From Euprymna scolopes (taxonomy: Eukaryota): DNA of 64,000 bases. Each line of letters begins with the position of its first letter. Within the stretch, counting starts at the first letter, position 1. Below the pieces are notes generated by a model. That model did no database searches. It had not been told where the DNA came from and saw nothing but the letters and a program-made list of their open reading frames with translations. The DNA is taken from NCBI GenBank assembly GCA_053919585.1, contig CM132804.1; one strand, 5' to 3'. Below are positions 55,535 through 64,000 of the stretch, in pieces. The position numbers and the translations under genes are program-made.

Positions 55535-56315
55535 CAGGGTGGAATAATGAATTTGTCACCTTAAAGAGAACAACACTTCAGCTTTATTTTAAAACTTTTA
55601 TTGAAAAAATCAATTCAGGTAACTTGATTATGTAGTAGAGCTGACATCTGTTCAATGTAGCTGCTTTCAACCTTAATCACCCCCTTGATATGGGTCCAGA
55701 ACTGGGAACATAGCTTTTTCACAAGCACTGGCAGGAGCTCGGCGAATACTCAGTGGATAGCAGCGATCAGGCTGGCTTTGACGTTGTGGGAGGTCATGTT
55801 GGTGATGTTCTTGGCGTATGACCTAATGAAGTAGTCTAGTGGCTTTAGATCAGAGGAGGAGGGGGACAGTGAGAGAAGGATACAAAGTCGTAGCACTCCT
55901 TCTGAAGCCAAGCCTGGGTCTCTTTGAACTTGTGGGTCGGCTCTGAGTCCTGTTGCCACACACAGGTTCTGCCAGCGGCCACTTGATTGCACCAGGGGAT
56001 CACCACATTCTGCAGCACATCCAGGTACACTTTGTGTTGACTTTCAAGCTGACTTCGATGATGTGGCATGATGTAGCACTCACTTGAAACCACACCAAAG
56101 ACCATAACTGTGGCCGGAAACTTTGTTTTCCTCACCCTGAGCACGCCCCTGTTATTTGTGGCAATTCAGAGATGCATTTTGAGGGTGCTGGCAATGGTCC
56201 TGTTGTCATAAATTGAATCGGTAGAGAACATAATTTGTACAGCAGCACATCTCCGGTCTCGCTCGTTGAACATTGTGTCACTTTCAGACATGATAAAAGG
56301 CTTCTATCACCCTTG
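55535..56315 (-). mobile_element. Internally deleted maT-type (DD37D) Tc1/mariner transposon
   Basis: ORFs 55845-56144 and 55750-55992 give TKFPATVMVFGVVSSE, VWQQDSEPTH and SSSDLKPLDY, with 37 residues between D2 and D3 across one frameshift. Terminus TA-CAGGGTG at 55533; degenerate partner ...tcacccttg at 56315. Confidence 0.85.
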
Positions 56316-58614
56316 GGATTGGTACACAACTGGCTAACTAGTAGATGGTCTGCAACAAAAAATGAAAACCGGTTTTCATAAAACGGAAATGGAATCGTAT
56401 TGTCTTTTCTAATGCGACAATTTTATCGTTCTACCCGATTAACTTAAGGATAATGATCTTAAATTCTTTTATCTTTACTGATCTAAGGTCTGATGAATAT
56501 GACTCCTTGAGCTTTTCAGAACAGCGAACTGGGAACGGTGCACACAACTGTCAGAAGATTGCAACAAGTAGTAACAAAATTTCCATTAATAGCGCTCATT
56601 AAACAGAAAAGACTTGAACAATTATTTTTATACTGGCATATTTTTTTTTATAAATCAATATAATTAAAATCAAACATGAAAGAATGTTTCCATCTTTTGA
56701 TACTTCCCGCCTTTTTCGCTTTCACTTGCTTATCTCCCCTTGATGTTGCCCCTGCTGTTTATGATTCTCCTTCCTTTTAACCTTATAACAACAAAAACAA
56801 CAACGATACAAATAAAAATGTTGAGAATAACTTCTAGTTAACGTTTTTATTCTCTAAATATTTCAGATTTTTTTCCAGAAAAAAATCAATTCATATTATC
56901 ATTTATTTCTCCTTTGTTACATTTTAAAATGTCATGTTGAAATTAGAATTCTTAAATCTTTTAAAAATTCACGTGAATTTTTTTTTTTTTTTTTTTCTTA
57001 AATCATTATCTTATGTTATGATTTTTTTATCAACTTTTTAAAGTTAGAACAACAGATAATAAAATTATCTCTGGGCTTGGTTCATAGAAAACTCCATTAG
57101 TTTCATTTTTCTCTTTTCGGGTTATTATTTTTATGTTTTTATTTATATGAACTTTGTTTACGACACACACAGGCATGCGTTTTTATTTTTATTTATTTAT
57201 TTTATTCTATTTTATTTATTTGTTTTTGTTTTGTATTGTAAGCGAAGTTTTATCACATATATATCCACAAAGATTCATTAATATTTACCATCCCGTTCCC
57301 TGTGCATTTAGTTGGGGTCAAAATGTATTTGTCGACCATTTTGTAGGAACGACTTAATAAATCCATTGGCACTTTTTATTAAAGGTTATTTTATTTTTAG
57401 CGTAGGGGTCTCAGACATGAGAAAAAAAGGTTTTCGAGTGTTTATTGTTCAATGAGACAACAGTGATATATATTTTGATAACATGGATATCCTCCACACT
57501 CAAACATGGTGATGATGATAATCTTGATAATTAAGGAGTTTTCTTTTTCAGCAGAAGATACAAAAAAAAAAAATGGAAAGTAAAAACAACTGAATTTTTT
57601 ATTTATAAAAGAAAACATTACAGATTTATTTCTTATTCGCAGCAAGCCGGGTGAAACCCGGAAGCCAGACTTAGCCGCTGAGTCAAACTAACATCCTCTT
57701 TCCACCCGGACGACACAAGGTGAGCTTGCTGGGTTACGCATCTCCTCCTACCAGCGCCACCTATTGCGTATGATAAGAAACTAAAATGAAAAAGAAAGAG
57801 AAAAAAAAAAAATGGTAGCCTTGAAGCAGTGGTTCCACATTTTTTTTTTTTTGTTTTTTTGTTTTTGCTTTATTTTCCCCACTTCGGGCGAAAAAAAAAT
57901 CGATAAACGTGGTGTATTTGTATTTATTGAAAATCATTCCAAATTTATCGTTTAAGAACATACATCACAGTAATATTAATAATTGAAAATACAAAATGTG
58001 TATGCTTACTTAGAAATTGGTTAAATGAGGCAAATTATACAGGATAAATATGTATTTGATTGATTATTTCAATGTTATTTTGTTTTCGTTTTACTGTTGA
58101 GAGTTGAAGCTCTCAGTTGAGATCAATTTGTCAAAACAAATTGCATGTAAATGTAAAAGAAAACATTTTGGTTATCGAATGCCTTTTTATGCAATTGAAC
58201 AGTTATCAATACATAACTTAGCATGATCCACGGTGATGTTGCCAACTCATTTTTTTTTATACAATTTGAGATCGATATTAATGACTTATATCTGTTGACG
58301 ATAGTTCTGACACGAGACATTATTTGTTTAATTATTCATTCCATAGTTGTAGGTTTCGGGCTATTGTTCTTACCTCGCTTATTGTTATATTCATCGTTTC
58401 GATCGTCGTACTATCAGACCTTCTTCAAAAGTCGGGAACTTCCAGTGTATTTCGGACTGGTTCCATTTTAGTCCACTGCCGTAAAATACTCTCGATCCAG
58501 GTTTCATGCCTTTCAAACATCTCGTATCTCTTTACTTTTTTTTTTATTATTCTTTTTTATTCTCTTACTTAACATGGTGGATAAAGACGTTAATTAAGGT
58601 ATGCTGATTTACCT

Positions 58615-58717
58615 TATATAAGGCATAATTAAGTTGACACACCGATTCTCGTTGGATCACCGAAGTTAAGCAACGTCGAACTTGGTCAGTACTAGATAAG
58701 TGACCATTTGGGAATAC
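58615..58717 (+). pseudogene. 5S rRNA-derived copy followed by poly(A)
   Basis: cacaccgattctcgttggatcaccgaagttaagcaacgtcga...gtactagataagtgaccatttgggaatac aligns with eukaryotic 5S rRNA, including A-box and C-box regions. An A-run follows at 58718-58743. Confidence 0.85.
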
Positions 58718-60144
58718 AAAAAAAAAAAAAAAAAAAAAAAAAACTAACGTCATCGTCTCCCCGTCTAGGGTGAATGTCGCTTGTTATTATTGTCATTGTT
58801 GTTGGTGCTGTCGATTCTGCTTGAATGTTGTGAGTGAAGGTGTGTAAGCACAAACTTAACTGATACGAGATAAGATATCTAAAAGGCAAGGAAGACATGA
58901 AAGCAAGTTTCCCTAGCAAATTAAAGAGTTCAGTTTGAAAATCATAGAAGATTATCAACTGTAGCTAAATGGATTCGAAGAAGGCTGAAGAGTGCAACGG
59001 TCGAAACGTTGTCGGACATGACAATAACCAAGATGAGATCAACAATCCAAAACCTGTAACAATATCAATGACTTTTCTATCCGTTCTGAAACTATTTTTT
59101 AACTTAATCCGACTCATTTGTGTTTAATGATGGGACATAGTTTTTTTGTTTTGTTTGTTTTGTTTTTCATTCAAGAGTTGTCGAATGTTTCTTTATTACG
59201 TTTGTGTTTTGTTCTTTTTGTTGTTTTATTCCTATATTTACATTTTAACCTTTGTCATATAATCTATTTTTGGCGTCCATATCTTATGACAATGTGCAGG
59301 ACCCGGTTTAGGGACCACTGTGTGCAGAACACCCAGGCTTTGATTCCTGTTTTCTGCGGTGAACTATTCAATGATGTCGAAGAAAACACAAACTCGTATT
59401 TATTGTTAAAACGATTATTACCGTTTGGTGTGTGCGTGCATGACAGATTTCTGACATCATTTGTATTCACTGTTAAGTAGAGGCAGTTATTGTGATGTCA
59501 TACGGCGTTCTTCTCCAAGACGTTAATTGCCAGGGTCAGCGCAATAATATTTGACATCTAGGATGCTAAATATCACAAGTGGGTTTACTCACCTCTTCAC
59601 GAAGAACAGATATTATCCTAGTAAAACAATGGAATGCCAAGCGCTTTACGACGTCTAAAGCAGTTTTTATAAAAATAAACTGCATTTGTCTTAAAAGTTC
59701 TTTAGCACGATGGAAGGATTCATATGAGACCATTTTGACTGTCCCCTCTGGATATCTTCAGATTTTATATTGCTCAATAGCAGGGCACCCGGCGTTGGCC
59801 GATCGTAAAATACATTTAAATATATTTTAATTTGTGTAGATTTTGTATTTATTATTTTGCAGCCAATTCTCTATTGATTATTATATTGTATTTAATTTCA
59901 AAAGTGATTTCAAAAGGAAAAAATATGAACTATCAGCTAAAATTGAAACCAAAACATTTTGCGCTCCAGTCTTAGTTCTTACCGTTTGAGCTATCATCAG
60001 AGGAATAATAAATAGTTAAAAATGAACCGACTTTAACGTATAAACGTATATTTGCGCATACGTACAAACATATGTTAAGTCGAGTTACTCCTGTCAAGTT
60101 CAATTTTTTTTCAATTTTGACCTTTTAGCAATTATTTTTACTGG

Positions 60145-60216
<72 letters not shown>

Positions 60217-60876
60217 TGTATTTACGGTCCACAAAAATACAATCATTGGACCTGCCTCGCGCTGCTTTGTGACCTTGCGTCTCGGAGAAGACGCAGTTTG
60301 AAAAAATGGAGACAGACATAGTGAGTTTTATAAATTAAATTAACATTAACATTCCATTCCCTTTAAGACGAAACTGACTAAAATTGTTAGATTTATTTTA
60401 TTTTCAATTGCACAAAACCAAACCAGAGTGACGAAGTCGGAAAATATAAGGTCCGACTTCGACTCTTAGGATTCCAAAAATGTGAGTATATTGTAAAAAA
60501 AGTCAAAATTGAATTTTATCGAGAACTATTTTTTCGCTGTTATTAATAAAAGAAAATAATTACAACGATAATTCATTTTGTTTTAATTTTATAAGATAAG
60601 GTAGTTAGTTAAATGTATTTTGTAAAAGTTTCATGTCATGATCTTTTTTAAGGTTTTCTTTTCATATTGACAGCGTTGTTTATTTAAGAAATATCACTTA
60701 CCGTTTTTATAGTCTTTCTGTCATTTCATCAGTTTCTGTCTAAATGAATTGTAATTCCATAATAATGCCACACCTTTTCTTTTATCAAAATGATGACGTC
60801 ATTAGAAACACCGCCTTTATTCATTATAAATTCGCCTGAAAATTCATTATAATAATGCTTCATAAAAATTCGTAAC

Positions 60877-61415
60877 CATTCGGTATAATAATACGTCATG
60901 AACATTCGGAATAATAATACGTCATAAACATTCGGTATAATAATACGTCATAAACATTCGGTATAATAACGCGTCATAAACATTCCGTATAATAACACGT
61001 CATAAACATTCGGAATAACAATACGTCATAAACATTCGGTATAATAACACGTCATAAACATTCGGTATAATAACACGTCATGAACATTCGGAATAATAAC
61101 ACGTCATAACATTCGGTATAATAATACGTCATAAACATTCGGTATAATAACGCGTCATAAACATTCGGTATAATAATACGTCATAAACATTCGGAATAAC
61201 AATACGTCATAAACATTCGGCATAATAACACGTCATAAACATTCGGTATAATAACTCGTCATAATCATTCGGTATAATAATACGTCATAAACATTCAGTA
61301 TAATAATACGTCATAAACATTCGGTATAATAACACGTTATAACCATTTGGTATGATTACACGTCATAACCATTCGGTATAATAATACGTCATAAACATTC
61401 GGTATTCACATACGT
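60877..61415. repeat. 26-bp minisatellite, ~20 copies (cattcggtataataatacgtcataaa)
   Basis: Period 26 (starts at 60903, 60929, 60955...), with few substitutions and no spacers. Confidence 0.95.
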
Positions 61416-61811
61416 CCAATAATTCGTTATCTAATAATACATAATAAAAATTCGTTATCGAAAGATAGATATAAACGGATGTTTAATTGGTTTTATAAAC
61501 TCAATTTCTGTTTATAAAACTGTTTAAAGGCGATTAAAACAAGAAAAATATATTTATATATTTCTGAAAATAAAATGATACGATTCAATAAATGCTCGGG
61601 GATAAGGGGCGGATCCTGGTATCATTCTATCGGGGATCGGAGGTCAGTTTAGAATGTTTTTGTGTAAAGTAACGGTCTCGATAAAAACATAACAATTTTC
61701 TAATCGATTAACGTAAAAATATATGTTGGATATGATTTATATTTAACGAAGAAATTTAATAATTCCTTTTTCGGATAGTCTTCATTATTTCCAACCGTAG
61801 TAAAAATGTAG

Positions 61812-62055
61812 AGTAAAGTTGCCAACCATAGTCGAGAGTGATCCGAAGGTTCCTTTTCCGTGGTTACTACACAGAGTGTAGGAGAGGACGCTACTCCTTT
61901 CTCAAGCTTATTCCACTTGACTTTGATCTTCAGATTATAATACTGAGTGTTTAAGGAAGGGGGTATCAAGTATCATGTTTTTGAGTCTTTCGTATGACCC
62001 AACCGATGATGGAACCTTAGTTCATCGATCCACTAGTGAACACTTTAAGCGTTAT
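61812..62055 (-). mobile_element. Second copy of the same tRNA-derived SINE family
   Basis: Colinear similarity with 15269-15511 (cgaagg.tcc.tttc, ccactt, ttataat..tga.tgtt, aagta.cat.ttt, ctttcgta.gac, aacact.taa). Confidence 0.7.
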
Positions 62056-62571
62056 TGACTGCTATTTGCAATAATAATACAATGTAATTTCACGGGTGTA
62101 TCTAGCAATCATAACTTTCAAATAAACTGTGACCTCCAGAGGGAAAAGAAAATTCCTTATTTTATACGGAAACTTATTTTCAGGTTTCCTTTATTTTATT
62201 TATTTATTTTTGTCGTTATTGTTCACCGAATTCCGAATGGACTGGTTAGAAACAAAATAAGAAAAGAACGTTTCATTAGACTTAAATCAAACATTTACCC
62301 TTAGAACAGATGCCGAGTGAAATCTGAAAATCCCGTAGAGGTCATAACTGACATGTTTTATTAATAGACAACCCATTAGGGTTCACCTCAGCCAGTGATG
62401 CCGGTTATTATTTCCAACTTCCATATGTTAAACCTTCATTGTGATTTCTTTGATTTCTCTTTTTTCACTGTTGGAAAATATTTATGAAAAAATTTTGGAA
62501 ATTGCCTGGAAAGGCACACATGCTACTTGGATTCTTCTTGAATCTATCCCTGGACATTTGCAATTCTCCAC

Positions 62572-62574
62572 TCT

Positions 62575-62634
<60 letters not shown>

Positions 62635-63922
62635 CAGAGATGTGTGTGCCACAGACGATTTCTGATTGGTTAATCCAATAATCACATCTCCTAAAAAAGT
62701 ATAGTTCTTACGCTCTTAACTTTACCATAAAATATTTTGGTCTTATTTATTGTCCATCTTGGAAGGGTTTAATTTTTTTCTAACTTGCGATTTACAACTT
62801 AAAAAAATACGAAACTAACTTACAATCTAACAATCGAACCTCCGACACCACGGCCGCCATTATGAAACTAAACTAAAAAAAAAAAATACGCGCGTTCACT
62901 CGTTTTTTTGTGCATTTTTTTTTGGGGGGGGGGCTAATTTAGCATAATAGTGTCCATTTAATAGTATTATCTTGAAAAAATAAAAAAATAAGGAAAATTA
63001 CCAAAAAAACAAACAAGAACAACAAAAGTGTGCCGTATTTTTAAAAGTTTTAATGCGTTATTTTTATTTGCTTTTTTTATTTCATCGGTGAAGAAAATGG
63101 CCAAACAGAAATTTTGAAGGCCAAATTTCGCGAATTTGGCCTTTTTTTTTAAGCAGTTTGGCCTTCAAAATTTCTGTTTGGCCATTTTCTTCACCGGATG
63201 AAATAAAAAAAGCAAATAAAAACAACGCAATAAAACTTTTAAAAATACGGCACACTTTTGTTGTTCTTGTTTGTTTTTTTTGGTAATTTTCCTTATTTTT
63301 TTATTTTTACAAGAAAATACTATTAAATGGACACTATTATGCCAAATTAGCCCCCCCCCCAAAAAAAAAATGCACAAAAATTCGAGATTTATGGTTTTGA
63401 CGAGATAATTTAGCGAATTGTCCGGACTATTGCGAGATAACCATCCATTAGTTTTTCCTGAAATTTTGCCACAAATTGTATTTCATTACATAGATGTGCA
63501 TAGTAACAACATTTTTTTGCCGAAAATTCCCGTTGCGTCTCCAGATTTCATCGGTGAAGAAAAAGGCCAAACAGAAATTTTGAAGGCCAAACTGCTTTAA
63601 AAAAGGGCCAAATTCGCGATTTGGTAAAATCGATGTGATAGGTTTTCGACAGAAATTTAGCGATTAAGTGGTCAATATTCAACGATTTGACCTTTGAGAA
63701 CTCTACCAAACTCCTCCTACAATTCTGGGTCTAAACAGTAAACACTTGATATTTTAGATATAGATTCCTTGGACATGGATCTAACTTATTAACTTTACTT
63801 GATCCCTAAACAATAAATGTTAAGAGGTCATAATAGGGGTCAAAGTTTTAAAAAATTGACCGTTTTTTTTTTTCTCAGCATTAACCTCAAAACACCTGGG
63901 CAACGCCGGGCACCGATTGCTA

Positions 63923-63923
<1 letters not shown>
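62572..63923 (+). mobile_element. Probable non-autonomous Helitron-like element
   Basis: 3' end has a GC-rich hairpin cctgggcaacgccggg, then ...gCTAG followed by T (63920-63924). The 5' end TCTA..(TA)n-AAAA resembles starts of invertebrate non-autonomous Helitrons; 5' boundary uncertain. Confidence 0.6.
62905..63380. repeat. Near-perfect ~220-bp inverted repeat with 31-nt spacer
   Basis: 62905-63125 is the reverse complement of 63157-63380 with few mismatches. Confidence 0.95.
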
Positions 63924-63994
<71 letters not shown>

Positions 63995-64000
63995 GGTATG

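Noticed and set aside
58615-58717. Functional 5S rRNA gene
   Set aside because: Diverged 5' end, truncated 3' end followed by poly(A), no T-run terminator and not in a tandem array.
60877-61415. CRISPR array
   Set aside because: Head-to-tail 26-bp units with no unique spacers, no cas genes, and a eukaryotic context.

Overview
AT-rich, microsatellite-rich animal (invertebrate) genomic DNA from a draft assembly with many N gaps; it is not prokaryotic. One large spliced protein-coding gene can be reconstructed on the + strand from four exons joined by phase-2 GT-AG junctions: 5283-5428, 29308-32310, 40971-41618 and 45395-45794. From ATG 5325 it encodes about 1384 aa: a short charged N-terminus, a long Pro/Glu/Val/Ser-rich repetitive region, one transmembrane helix and an acidic ~85-aa C-terminal tail. 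I do not recognise a named orthologue. The rest is decayed mobile DNA: a Tc1 (DD34E) and a maT-type (DD37D) transposon relic, a Penelope-like RT/GIY-YIG relic, non-LTR retrotransposon fragments, tRNA-type SINEs, five 5S-rRNA-derived copies, a hAT-like MITE, a probable non-autonomous Helitron, a large foldback element and a 26-bp minisatellite. The most notable signals are several hammerhead-ribozyme-like repeat families, often in inverted pairs; the all-phase-2 cassette design of the membrane-protein gene; and a high density of hairpin elements in its 24-kb intron. Everything was read by eye, and TE boundaries are approximate.
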